A stretch of DNA of 64,000 nt. Origin: Octopus sinensis (taxonomy: Eukaryota). The DNA lies in the NCBI RefSeq assembly GCF_006345805.1, contig NC_042997.1, forward strand, positions 43,834,001 to 43,898,000. The letters run 5' to 3'. Made by a program: the position numbers and the translations under genes. This document shows positions 39,201-53,600 of this stretch, one piece after another; position 1 is the stretch's first letter; every line of letters starts with the position of its first letter. Below the pieces are notes generated by a model. It saw only the letters and a program-made list of their open reading frames with translations. It made no database searches and was not told the origin of the DNA.

Positions 39201-42200
39201 AACATCTTGCTTGTTTATTTCACTTTTTGGTATGGTTTCCCTTCTCAATACCAAACACTTTACAGAGTGTGTTGGAAGCATTTTATCATAGCACTTGTAC
39301 TAGAGAGATTACAAGACTAAGGAATGTTCTCTATACTATGTCGCTGCCATTTGTGCAAAGGCGACATGACCAACAGGGCAAACAGAAGAGAGAGTGATGG
39401 CAGAGAAAACCATGGTGAGAGAGTAATAATAATAATAATAATAGTCACCACCACCATCATTTAAAGTCCGTTTTCCATGCTGGCATGGGTTAGATGGTTC
39501 GATGGTTCGAAAGGCGGCGAGCTGGCAGAACCGTTAGCACGCCGGGCGAAATGCTTAGCGGTATTTCGTCTGCCGTTACGTTCTGAGTTCAAATTCTGCC
39601 GAGGTCGACTTTGCCTTTCATCCTTTCGGGGTCGATTAAATAAGTACCAGTTACGCACTGGGGTCGATATAATCGACTTATTCAGTTTGTCTGTCCCTTC
39701 TGTGTTTAGCCCCTTGTGGGTAGTAAAGAAATAGGTTCGATTAGGGTCTGGGAAGCCAGGAGGCTGCACCAGACTCCAGTCTGATCTGGCAGTGTTGTTA
39801 CAGCTAGATGCCTTTCCTAACGCCAACCACTCCGAGAGTGTAGTGGGTACTTTTTATGTGCCACCAGCACAGGGGCCAGAGGGGGCTGGCATCAACCATG
39901 TTTGGATGGTGCTTTTACATGCCACCAGCATGGGAGCCAGTAAAGGCGGTGCTGGTATCAACTACATTCGGATGATGCATTTTACATGCCACCGGCACAG
40001 GGGCCAGTCGGAGCGAGGGGACTGGCATCAGTCACAACTACAATTTCCATTTGATTGTGGTTTGATGTTGATGTTGATGTACTTGACTCAGTAGGTCTCC
40101 TCAAGCACGGCATGTCACCCTATGATCCAGAGGTACTTTTTGAGTCGGGTGGGATGGTTATGCAACACTGTCATAGGCTACAGCTGTGATCTCATTTTAT
40201 TTGCCAGCTTTTCTCAGGCACAGCATATCTCCAGAGGTCTCGGTCTTTTGTCATTGCCTGTGAGGCCCAACATTCAAAGGTCATGCTTCACCACCTTATC
40301 CCGTGTCCTTATTCCTGGGTTCCTTCCACTGTTTGAGAGTGGCACTTCTTCACAGAGCTCTCCTCATCCATCCGTAGTCCATGACCATACCAGGGCAGAC
40401 GTCTCTCTTGCATGCAACATCTGATGCTTCTTATGTCCCTCACACTCTGTAGTGTGTGCACACTGACATTACATATCCAGCAGATCATACTAGCTTCATT
40501 TCTTTCCAGCCTACACACGCCCTCTGCAGTCACAGCCCATGTTTCAGTGCCATGAAGTATGGCAGTTTATACACATGCATCGTACAAACTACCTTTCACT
40601 CCGAGTGAGAGGCCCTTTGTCACCAGTTGGGGGTAGAAGCTTTCTGAACTTTGCCCAGGCTATTCTTATTCTACTGGTAATGCTCTCTGAGCATCCACCC
40701 CCTACTACAAACTTGGTCACCTAGGTAACGGAAGCTATCAACTACTTCTGGCATGTGATGAAATCTGTCATCTGAGGATCTGTGGTGTTTATTGCCCCTG
40801 TGCATCTGCTGCACTTGAAAGCTATCTTTCCAGTTAATCTTCCTCTGATGTTGCTGCACCTCTTATGTGTCCATAGTTTACACTGGGTACATCTTATGGA
40901 GTTTCTACCTACATCTTTTCTACAGATCGAGCAGGGCCATCTACCTGAAGGAGTGTGTGATGTGTTCGCCTTCCTACTTACTAGGACTTTGGCTTCTGCA
41001 ACATTGACTCTAAGGCCCTTCGATTGTAAACCTTGCTTCCACACCTGAAATTTCTTCTCTAGTTCTGGTAGTGATTCCACTATGAGAGCAAGGTCATCAG
41101 CATAGAGAAGCTCCCAGGGGCAACCTGTCCTGAAATTCTCTGTTATTGTCTGGAGGACTATGATGAATAAAAGAGGGCTATGGGCTGATCCTCGGTGAAC
41201 CCTTACTTCTACCCAAAATTCTTCACTATATTCATTGCCGATCCTTACCTTACTAACAGCATCCCTGTACAGCTCTTATTAACCACTCATCAATCCCAAG
41301 TTTCCGCAGCACCTACCAGATAAGGTATCGAGGGGCCCTATCAAAGGCTATCTCCAAGTCAACAAAAGCCAAGTATAGGGGTTTATCTTTGGCTAGGAGT
41401 GTGTGATGTGTTTGCCTTCCTACTTACTAGGACCTTGGTTTTTGCGACATTGACTCTAAGGCCCTTCAATTCTAAACCTTGTTTCCACACCTGAAATTTC
41501 TTCTCTAGTTCTGGTAGTGATTTTGCTATGAGGGCCAGGTCATCAGCATAGAAGAGCTCCCAGGGGCAACCTGTCTTAATCAAATGGGGGACTAGAGTGA
41601 TAAAAGAGGGAAGGTGATTCAGGAAAGATTAATGGAAAAAAATTATGTATATATATACATATATATAACTCCATGCTACATGTTTTTTAGGTATCTGAAT
41701 CTCTGATGTAATAGTTATGCAATAAAGGGTGCTCGGCTTAGCTAATCATCAGGCTGGATTTACCTTCATACTGAAGATTAGCTATTTTGAGCGCTTATCA
41801 TTGCATAACTATTACATCAGAGGTTCAGCTGGCTAATAAACATATGTAGTATGCATTTTACTAGTTCCATTCCCTCAGTTTGGATTTCTATTCACATTTG
41901 TAGCAACTCTAATGAATTAATTAAGCAAACAAATGGGCCAAAAGTTCATTTTATCGATGAAGGCGCGTGGCTCAGTGGCTAGAGCATCGAGCTTACGATC
42001 GTGAGGTTGTGAGCTCGAATCCCGGACCGGGCGTGTGTTGTGTTCTTGAGCAAGGCACTTTATTTCACGTTGCTCCAGTTCACTCAGCTGTAGAAATGAG
42101 TTGCGACGTCACAGGTGCCAAGCTGTATCGGCCCTTGCCTTTCCCTTGGACAACATCGGTGACGTGGAGAGGGGAGGCCGGTATGCATGGGCGACTGCTG

Positions 42201-43316
42201 GTCTTCCATGAAACAACCTCCAGACTTGTGCCTTAGAGAGTAACTCTCTAGGTGCAAACCCATGGTCAGTGTCTGACCGAAGGGGGTCACCACCAGGACC
42301 CTTTTGCTTGCTGCACAAAAAGGCTTTCAACCTTATAAACCACTAAATCATGCCAATCAATGTAGGACTTTAGCTTTTATATTACAGATGAAAGGGCCAA
42401 GTAAATAGAAGACCAAGCTAGTAATTTATAGCTCTCATACTATATATACCAGCAACAGGTTTTTGTGTGTCTGGGACAGGGCCCTTAATTCCATGTACAG
42501 GCATTCCTCAACTTTTAAATGATTGATTCTAGTTTCAGCTCACGAGCTGTGGCCATGCTGGGGCACCGCCATTTTAAAAATACTGCTGAGCATTTTGTCC
42601 AGTGTGCTAACAATTCTGCCAGCTTGCCACCTCAACTTTTAAATGACGATTTTTTCAACTTTATATCATTTTTTTACAGAAATTAATGGAAAAAAAAACA
42701 AACCTCAATTTCAGTTGACTTATCTGACTTATTGTTGGTCTCAGTATTTAAAAGCATAAATTTTTTTTAAATACACCTAAATATTAATACTGAAGTGGAA
42801 AATCAAATGAAATACATGTGAAAATATGGACAAAACATTTATCAAAACAAATATGAGCTAATAAATCTTTTAAATGCTTTTTCGTGTTATATTGTTTCTG
42901 AGCAAAGTCGCATGTCTTGGAATGAATTACTGACATAAGTTGAGGTATGCTTGTATGTCGTTCCACATAACACTGCGAATGGTGACACATCTTTTTAAGA
43001 AATGCCACCATGCCAACTGCCAAGGTTGTGGGAATTTCTCTATCACCCACTAAAATAACATGAAACATAATGTCAGGTATTCAACTGCAACTGTCTACAG
43101 CATAACAAAGTCAACTTACCTTAACCAATGCAGAATGCAGGTAAATGTTATGAGGCATGATAATAGCACCAATAATACCAACAGCTTGAATCAACTGTGT
43201 AGGACCACAGCCACTACAATAAGGAATAAACAGGCCTTTCAAAATTTCTCCCTGGTTTGGAGCTGCAGCACCATACTGAAGATATAAAGGTGAAATGAAA
43301 AGTAAAATGTTGAATC

Positions 43317-43363
<47 letters not shown>

Positions 43364-46300
43364 ATATGTATAAATAAATAAATGTATAATTCAAATACTT
43401 TTACTTCCGACACATGTTTCGAAGATTTCACTGATATTATTCCAAAGGAATAAATGGTCTAAAACAATGTAATCTTCTCTTCAGGGAAGTGAAGAAATGA
43501 AACTCGTCAGTAAGACATTTTAACAGAAAATGATGGATATGTATAGTGATTTACTGAATGTTATTAATATTGTTTGAAAAACATTATATGATATAATGCC
43601 AGAAGTAGCCTATAGAAAGAGGAGGGAAATTTTTGTTGTGAATGTTAAATATAAATAGAAAATTAATGTTTAAATTATATATAATTATAGAGATTACTTA
43701 TATGAACTAAAGGCATGTTTTTGCCAATGTTTACATCGGTATGCACGCTCTATAACCGTGCTTACTAGGGGATTTTTAGAAAAACAAAGAAAACTAGTTC
43801 AGAATTACAGAGAAGACAGAATTCCTTGCCTTTGTCATAAGGTATCGGGATTAAGAGAATCAACCAATCTAAATTAAATTGTTCATTGTGGTCTTTTAGA
43901 TCCCAAATTAATTTACTGAGCCCTATACTGTTACGTTTATTCCTATCCCTAAATGTTGAGTAATGGATAGAAATTTTTTTAGATAACTGTAACAACGTGC
44001 TTCCAATGTAAAATCGTACTTTATTATGAGTACTGATTTTACACTGGTATATAGAATTTTTAATTTTAGAGTTACTTGACATAAACTTAATTCTGTTGGA
44101 ATTGACTTCAGATACAATAACCTTGTTATCAATATTTTTAGAGGGATGGATGGTATTAGCTAAATTAATGTTAGTATTAGTAAATGTATTAATATTTAAC
44201 AGGTTGTTATGTGAAGAGATAATTTGTAAGAGATTTTTTGTGTTGGAAAAACCAATCTTAACCGTATGTGAATTGATAATAGAGTAATACCTAGAATTCT
44301 AGATATGGTGAACATCTCTCAGTTTCTGTCAACCAAATCCACTCATAAGACTTGGCCTGGAGATACAGTGGAAGATTCTTTGCCCAAGGTGTCATGTAGT
44401 GGGACTGAACCCAAAACCAGGTGGTTGAGAAGTGAACTTCTTAATCATACAGCCACGTCTGCACCTGTTTCATTCTATAAAATGCACCCACATGGCTTTG
44501 GCTGTCCCAAGAGCTGTCATTAAAGATACTTGCCCAAGGTGCCATGAGACTGAATCTGAAACCACAAGGTTGTTAAGTGAACTTCTTTACTATACACCCA
44601 TATCTGTACCTTATGTGTGAGTATTGACTGATGTCTGAATATTAGCTGGTATTTGAGACAGAATATAGACTGGATATTAGAGTATTTGTTGGCCCTTACA
44701 AATAAACAGCAGAGAATATATGGTAATGATAAAGCGGTGAGCTGGCAGAATTGTTAGCACACCAGGAGAAATGCTTAACAGTATTTTGTCTGTTCTTGTG
44801 TTCTGAGTTCAAATTCTACCATTGTCAACTTTGCCTTTCATCCTTTTGGGGTTGATAAAGTAAGTACCAGTCAAGTACTGGGTAAGAGTATAAAAAAACT
44901 GCACCCTTCTGCAAAGCCATGTCGAGCCAGTGTGACAAGAGTAGGCCCATTAAACCAGTATGATCTCAAACTTACGGCCTTCACAGCAGACCATGTTGGT
45001 GGAGAGAAGATGATAGGGCCTTCATCCTGCAGGGGACTAAACGTACGCAATCCAATTCAACGATAAATGAAAGAAAAATTTTAGAAGAAAGCATAGAGAT
45101 GAAGCAGAATTGTGATGCAAAAAGAGATGCTGTATTGCAGATCCATCCAACCCATGTCAGCATGGAAGAAACAGATGTTAAAAAAAAAAACATCATGAAA
45201 GCTGTAACACAAATTAAAATTCAAACAAATATTTCTTACCTCATATCCAAACATTATTGCCATTACTGTGATTAGAAGGCCGAAAAATGCTTCCAGCTTC
45301 CTTAGACCATATTTGTCAAGTAGAAGAAATGTGAAAGTGTCAACAATGGTTATAAGAACTCCAGCGTAGAGAGGAAGTCTGGAAAGAAATAAGGCAATAG
45401 AAATAATTGAAAGAATAAATTAACAAGATTTAAGATCTTGTAGCTTATTTGAAGCATTAAAATTTAACCCTTTCAATACCAGCCTAGTTGAAACTACCTC
45501 TAGTAGTACAAATGTCTTGTTTTCAAAAGTTCTGAATTAAAATCTTTCACCAAACCTTAGTCACAATTTATGTTCCCAACACTAGCTAAATTCTTTGTTA
45601 TATTTAAAATTAATTGAAAGAAACACAGAGAATCTCAACAGAAATATGGTAACAAATTGGTATCAGAAATATGGTAACAAAGTAAGGTATCATCATCATC
45701 ATCATCATCATTTAATGTCTGTTTTCCATGCCGGCATGGGTTGAAGCAATAAGGATATAATAAAAGCCACTTAACAATGTAAGAAAATATATTCATCCAA
45801 TATTTTACCTTTAACTAGCTCTAACCATAGACTGAATAATTTTACATGAGATGCACAGAATAGTGAGGTACAAAGGAAGGAAGGATGGATAGTTAGATGG
45901 ATGAATGGATGATTGGAGAGATGGAAGGATGGACGAAGTAGCAAGAATAGATGGATGGACAATGCATTTTGATGAATATGGATGAAAAACATAGAAAAAC
46001 TGGAGTTGGATGGCAGGATGGACAGTAGAGTAATGAGATTGCATGGCTGAATAGATGGGTGGATTGTGTAGTGAGGATGAAGGGATGGTTGCAGGGACAT
46101 ACTAAGTGTAGTGATGATGGATGAATGGACAGTGTCATGTGGTGAGAATGGATAGACAGGGATTAGAGTAGGGGGGAAGAATGGATCAATAAACATTGGT
46201 GTAGGTAAGATGAAATGGGTTGCATCATCATCATCATTGTTCGACCGTGGTCGAGACAATGGAATTTACCATGCTACGCCAGACTTCACGGTCCATCATG

Positions 46301-47559
46301 GCATTACGGAGGTCCTGTTGCTGGATGCCTGTATCCCTGGAGATTACATCAGGGTAGGAGAGTGTGCACCCTCTGGTATTGCGAGTAGATGGCTTCCAGA
46401 GGAGAAGAGTAGAAATTACTTCTTTTTCAGCTCTACAACAATGTCCAGCAAACTGGACTCTCCTACCTTTCACAAGAGATGACACAGGTGGTAGTTTCCC
46501 ATATATTTGCATTTTGGTTGGATGGCGCTTCCACGAGAGATTTTGAGCTCTCATAAGGAGGCGAGTGTAGGTTCCATCCAACCGCCTCTCAAGCTTCTTT
46601 GATAACGTCCAGGTTTCTGAGCCATATAGTAGAATTGGTTCGACTGTGGCTTTGAAGATTTCAAGTTTGAAGTCTCTACTTAGATTTGATGACCAGATCT
46701 TATGGGTTGCAGTATTCAGCTTCTTCAATAAACTTGGGAAGGTCAAGATGTTCATTAAAATTTTATTGATGATCTATAACTGCAGACAGCTAAGTACTGC
46801 TTCTTGACTCCATAAGCTAGTCATAGTTTCCATTAAACAGTTTTCATAGAAACAGTAACATCTGCACTCTGGTAATATCTGAAATGCTTTAAGGCGGTGA
46901 GCTGGCAGAACCGTTAGCACGCCGGGCAAAATGCATAGCCATATTTCGTCTGCCGTTACGTTGTGAGTTCAAATTCCGCCGAACTCGACGTTGCCTTTTA
47001 TCTTTTTGGGGTCGATAAATTAAGTACCAGTTACGTACTGGGGTCGATATAATCGACTTAATCCGTTTGTCTGTCCTTGTTTGTCCTCTCTGTGTTTAGC
47101 CCCTTGTGGGTAGTAAAGAAATAGGTATTTCGTCTGTCTTTACATTCTGAGTTCAAATTTTGGCTAGGTCGAGTTTGCCTTTCATCCTTTCGGGGTCGAT
47201 AAATTAAGTACCAGTTGCATACTGGGGTCGATAAATTAAGTACCAGTTGCGTACTGGAGTCGATCTAATTGACTGGGCCCCCTCCCCCAAAATTCCAGGC
47301 CTTGTACCTAGAATAGAAAAGAATATTCAAAATGCATTTTAATAAATGAGATTTTCACAGACAAGTATGTGTTAATGCATTTATAACAAGCAAATGTTGC
47401 AATCTATGTACAACTTGTTGCATTTTACATATTCAGTAGTGTACTCTGCAATTACTAAGATATTAGTTGGTATTTCTAGCTGGGTATTTTGCTGTGCTGT
47501 GAACAGCAGCCTGTGTATTGAACATATAGCTTCTGTAAGAAGCTATCTCTCTCTCTCTC

Positions 47560-47618
<59 letters not shown>

Positions 47619-50600
47619 AACAGAACACAAAGGATATCACAGTACACGTGTTTCTAGCTTTATAAACAATCCATTATTACATCAGTGTATTATTGATATA
47701 AAAGATGGTTTAAAAGCTCTCTTCAACTGCAAACATTGTTAGTCCAAAGATTACCATCACAATAAAAAGTACATGCACTTTTACCCATTATAATAGGTTT
47801 ATCATATCTCCTTGAAAAAAATATATTTGTATAAAGGTTCATAAGATTATTATAATGGGTAATACTACGTGTACTTTTTATATTGTGATGTAATCTTTGG
47901 ACTAACAATGTTTGCGGCTGAAGAGAGCTTTAAACCATCTTTTATATCAATAATACACTAATGTAATAACAAATTGTTTATAAAGCTAGAAACACACGTA
48001 CCACGATATCCTTTGTGTTCTGTTTTTAATTTATGTTTGATATATTCTCTCACCTCTGCCACTATCTGGCATATACAGGTGCTTACACTTATCAAGTATT
48101 CACTCTAAACTTACAGTACCTATATATATACACACACACACACACACAATCTTCATGATCATCATCCTTACTGCATCCCTTTAACTGCATCAGGTTCCAG
48201 TCTGATTTGGCTTGGTTTTTGCGGCTGGATGCCAACCACTTTACAGTGTGTGCTGGGCGCTTTTAATATGGCACTGACCAAGCACACAACTCTTATAGGC
48301 CAATCTTCTTCACCAAGGAATGTGACCTTGACACTTCTTCTATGGAGAACAGGTCTTCTTGAGGACAACCAGGCATCAGGTATCTTGGTCCTTTGTCATA
48401 TCATCTGACAGGTCATCCTTCAGTACTTCATTCTACATCTCCTTAGGTCTCCCTCTTTCATGAGTTTCGTCAACTTTGAGTGAACAATACTTCTTTATAG
48501 AGCTGTCAGCATCCATCTGCATCACATGATCAAACCAGCACAGTCTTCTCTCTTGCACACTGCATCTAATTCCTCTTATGCCTAACTTCTCTCTCAATAC
48601 ACTAACACTCTGCTGAACATATAAACTTACATTACACATCTTACAGAGCATACTAGCTTCATTCCTCTCTAGCCTTCATATGTCCCCTGCATTCAGGGCC
48701 CACAATCACATTAGATTTACTGAAATTAGGAATAATGAAGTAACAGGTATTCTGGAAATTTCCTTTATAAAAAGAAAAAAAATGCAAGGAACCTCCAGTG
48801 AGATCAATGGCAACCTCTCTGGCACCGGTGTTAAGAAGAGAACCAAGCTGTAGAAACCATGCCAAAAGCTAAACACATGAACAAGATGTGGTCCTCTGAT
48901 TCATAGTGGAGGGCAGGCCTGGCCTGTCCATGCCAGCATAGAAAGCAGATGTAAAATGAAGATGACAATGATGATGATAATGACAATTTTTACATCTTGT
49001 TTGACTGTATTCTTATATAGATTTATAGGCATCCATTTGTACTGAATGATGTGGAGCTTCTTCATGTGAATGATACTACTTTGCTACATATATTTTCAAC
49101 ATGACTCAACACATTCCCATTCAATGACTGGTACATGACCCTTTGTTTTCTGTATGTATGCCTGGGAAAAGTCATGCTCTACTTCATTGAAATATAGGTA
49201 TATATGCAGGAAAGAATTAAGTAAAAGAAAGTAGTATTGAAGTAAAAGAAACAGTCAAACAGATCAAAATGCATATAAATTTTTCAAAGAACATATAGCC
49301 ATCTTATGATGAATTTATTCCCTTTTTAAAGAGTGAATTTAGTTTGTGAAGCTGTTGATGAATTTAAATATGATAGAAAGAAAATAATCATTCAGCTACT
49401 TTTCTGAAGTAATTGAATGAAGGAAACCAAGGTAGACGGTGCCTGTGAGTTGTCTAGGCTACCTGTGTATTGGGTGAGAGCTGAAGGTAAAAACAATCAA
49501 TGATTTGGTTGGTTGATAGGTGGATGGATAGGTAGATGGGTGGGAGGATAGGTAGATGGGTGGGAGGATAGGTAGGTAAGTGGATCTTTTAAAAGAAGTA
49601 GCTTACTACAATATTATCTTCATCTTTTACTTATTTTAGTAATTTGACTGTGACCATGCTAAGACCCCGCCTTGAAGAGTTTTAGTCAAACAAATTGACC
49701 CCAGGACTTATCTTTTTTTAAGCCAAGTACTTATTCTATCAGTCTTTTTTATCGAACCACTAAGTTACAGGGATGCAAACACACAAACACTGGTTAACAA
49801 GCAATGGTAGAGGGGACAAACACAGACAAAAAGACACACATAAATATATACATTATAGATTCAAAATTCATCCAAGGATAGGACCACAGGCCATAGGTCC
49901 CTGATCCAATTCAGGATCACAACATATAAACACACTGCAACACAATTACTTTTCCTCAACAGGCCCTGCTCTTTTTAATATTGTCTCGAAACAGATCAAA
50001 AAAGAAAAGGATCCCATTACCTTTAAATGGAATCTGGACAATTTCTTCAAGGAATACCGGATAAGCCACTTATTCCTGGATACAACTCACTCAACAAGAA
50101 CTCCCTACTCAAATTGACCGTGATACCAGAAAACTTGACTTAAAAAGGATTTAACTAATCCTATCAGGCAGTGCTATTAGGTTAGATATGGCCAGGACCA
50201 ATCTTTGGTCAAAACATATCTAAGTTATCTAAGTATATCATAGTAAGTAGGAAGGCAGACAAATCACAAATCCCTTCAGGCAGACAAATCACTGCTCGAT
50301 CTATAGAAAAGGCATAGGTAGAAACTCCATAAGATACACCTGGTGTAAGCTTTGGACACATAAAAGGTGCAGCAATATCAGAAGAAGATTAATAGGGAAA
50401 CTAGCTTTTGTATGTGGAAGATACATGCAATGTCAGTGTGCATGTTCAGCAAACTGTAAGCATCTTGAGACAAATGTTAGTCAAAGAGGCATCAGGTGTG
50501 GTGTGCAAGCGAGACGGCTGCCCTGGTATGGTCATGGACTACGGATGGATGAGGAGAGCTGTGTGAAGAAACAGTGGAAGGAACCCATGGAAGAAGTAGA

Positions 50601-53600
50601 CCCAGGAAGACATGGGATGAGGTGGTGAAGCATGATCTTTAAACTTTGAGCCTCACAGAGGCAATGACTAGTGACCGAGACCTTTGGCAATATGCTGTGC
50701 TTGAGAAGATCCATCAAGCCAAGTGAAATTGTAGTCATGACTGACTATATTGGTGTCATACAACAGGCACCCATGTTGGTGACATGTAAAGAACACCGTT
50801 TAAGCATTGGGTCCTGCAGAGGCAAAATGGCTGAGATCCTTTTGAGCATTGGGCCCTGCAGAGGCAAAATGGCTGAGTTCCTTTCAAGCATTGGGCCCTA
50901 CAGAGGCAAAATGGCTGAGTTCCTTTTGAGCATTTGGTCTCATGGAGGCAAAGTGGTTGAGTTCCTTCCAAGTATATTTATCCTGCATCTGTTTCCACAG
51001 AACAACTCTCATGAGTTTGACTACAGTTACAAATTAACTGCATGATTTTCTAAGTGTAACCTATTGTACTTGATACACTCAGTGTACCTGTATTTGACAT
51101 AAGGTTTTATGGCTCCTTTTTTTATATATATATATTTTTTACTTGTTTCAGTCATTTGAATGCAGCCATGCTGGAGCACCACTTTGAAGGGTTTTAGTGA
51201 AACAAATCGACTGCAGGACTTTTTTTTTTTGGCTTTTTAGCCTAGTACTTATTCTAACGGTCTCTTTTGTGAAACTGCTAAGTTACAGGGATGTAAACAC
51301 ACCAACACTGCTTGTGGGACAAACACAGATACAATGACACACACATAGATATTATATTATATACATGTATATATATATGTATATATATATGTGTATATAC
51401 ATATATGTGTATATCATCATCATCGTTTAACGTCCGTTTTCCGCACTAGCATGGGTTGGACGGTTCGACCGGGGTCTGGGAAGCCAGAAGGCTGCACTAG
51501 GCTCCAGTCTGATCTGGCAGAGTTTCTACGGCTGGATGCCCTTCCTAACGCCAACCATATATATATATATATCATCATCATCATCATCATCATCATATTT
51601 AACATCCGGCGTCAATGCTGGCATGGATTGGATGGTTTGATCAGAGCTAGCAAACTGGGGGAGTTGCACCAGACTCCAGTCTGATTTGGCAGGGTTTCTA
51701 CACTTGGATGCCCTTCCTAATTCCAACGCCATTAGAGTGTGGTGTGTGCTTTTATGTGGCACTGCACATAATAAATATATATACACACACACACACACAC
51801 ACACTGTTTCTTTCAGTTTCTGTCTACTAAATCCATTCACAAGGCTTTGTCAGCCTGGGGCTATAATTGAAGAGACTTGCCTAACGTGCCATGCAGTGGA
51901 ACGGAACCCAGAACCATGTGGTTGAGAAGCAAGCTCTTACCACACAGTCCCTATTTACTTCCCGGTATAAGTTTTCAGTTCACAATTAGAACTCATCAAA
52001 GTTAGAAGACTGAATAAACGTTGTCTTCCTTCAAACTCTGATTTCTTAAGTGATTTTTATAAAACATATTTTTGTAGGTCATTCGAAGAGTTATGATGGC
52101 TGGGAAATTGATGAGATAGAATCACCATAGTCAAAAGTTCACACCTTGCTCTTTCTATTATACTGTGTCTTTATAGCCAAAATACTAAAGTACAAAATAG
52201 AGCCCTAATCACCATAGCCAAAAGTTCACACCTTGCTCTTTCTATTATACTGTATCTTTATAGCCAAAATACTAAAGTACAAAATAAAATTATAATATTT
52301 AGCCTATTGATAGATAACATAACAGATACTACATCATCATCATCATCATTATCATCATTTAGCATCCGCTTTCCATGCTAGCATGGGTTGGACGGTTCAA
52401 CTGGCGGCGAGCTGGCAGAAACGTTAGCACGCCGGGCGAAATGCTTAGCGGTATTTCGTCTGCGTTACGTTGTGAGTTCAAATTTCGCCGAGGTCGACTT
52501 TGCCTTTCATCCCTTCGGGGTCGATAAATTAAGTACCAGTTACGCACTGGGGTCGATGTAATCGACTTAATACCTATGTCTGTCCTTGTTTGTTCCCTCT
52601 GTGTTTAGCCCCTTGTGGGTAATAAAGAAATAGGTTCAACTGGGGTCTGTGAAGCCAGAAGGCAGCATCAGGCCCAGTCTGATCTGGCAGTGTTTCTACG
52701 GCTGGATGCCCTTCCTAACGATGAATATGTCCCAGAAACAGTATTAACAGAAATGAGGTATAAATTCTGCATGAGCCTAATGAGGAGAAACTGGAAGACG
52801 GATAGAGATGGGTGATGTGACTACAGCTCAAGAAATAAAGGGCTTAAGGATTCCAGAACCCTATGACATACATGAATGAAATCTTCAAATGCAACATGGA
52901 CTTTAAGATCAAGACATCTAGAGTTATGAATGAAACAAAGAACCTTACATGAGAAGTGGATGGGCATTCTTAAAAAATCTATGAACGCCTGTCACTGGCA
53001 AAGTTTTGAGCAGGAGCAGAGTCCAGCCAAATAGTAGATAGCATGATGATGATGTGATAACAGAGTGGCAAGCCTAGAATGAAGATAAAGAAAAGAGGCA
53101 GCAGAAAGCTAGATCTAATGTTAACTGTCACACTTATCTAGCTAGAAGAGAAGCATGTATGTTAATTGACAATTAAACGAATGTATGCTAATGATAAGTT
53201 AATTAGAGGATCAGAGAAAAGTAATAAGAAATATAAATATAGTGGAATGGAAGAAACTAGAATGTCATAGGAGAGAAATGTCTGAAATAATCTCCACCAG
53301 ACTAATTTCCCAACCAGTTTGGCTGATATCCAACTGGATATTCTAAGGGTCAATGCTTATCAGAAATATGGGAATGCTGATGGAATTCTAGAGAGTTGAA
53401 ACCCTGGGAAAGAAGGATATGGAATAGTACCAGTACAATATTTGGGGAGGCCTGTCTTTCATCTCATCATTAATAAGAATTTTTTTGGAAGCACTCCGTC
53501 GGTTACGACGACGAGGGTTCCGGTTGATCCGAATCAACGGAACAGCCTGCTCGTGAAATTAACGTGTAAGTGGCTGAGCACAATAAGAAATATAAATATA

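Noticed and set aside
45771-46259. 162-aa His/Pro/Ser ORF
   Set aside because: Antisense of a degenerate GGAT microsatellite
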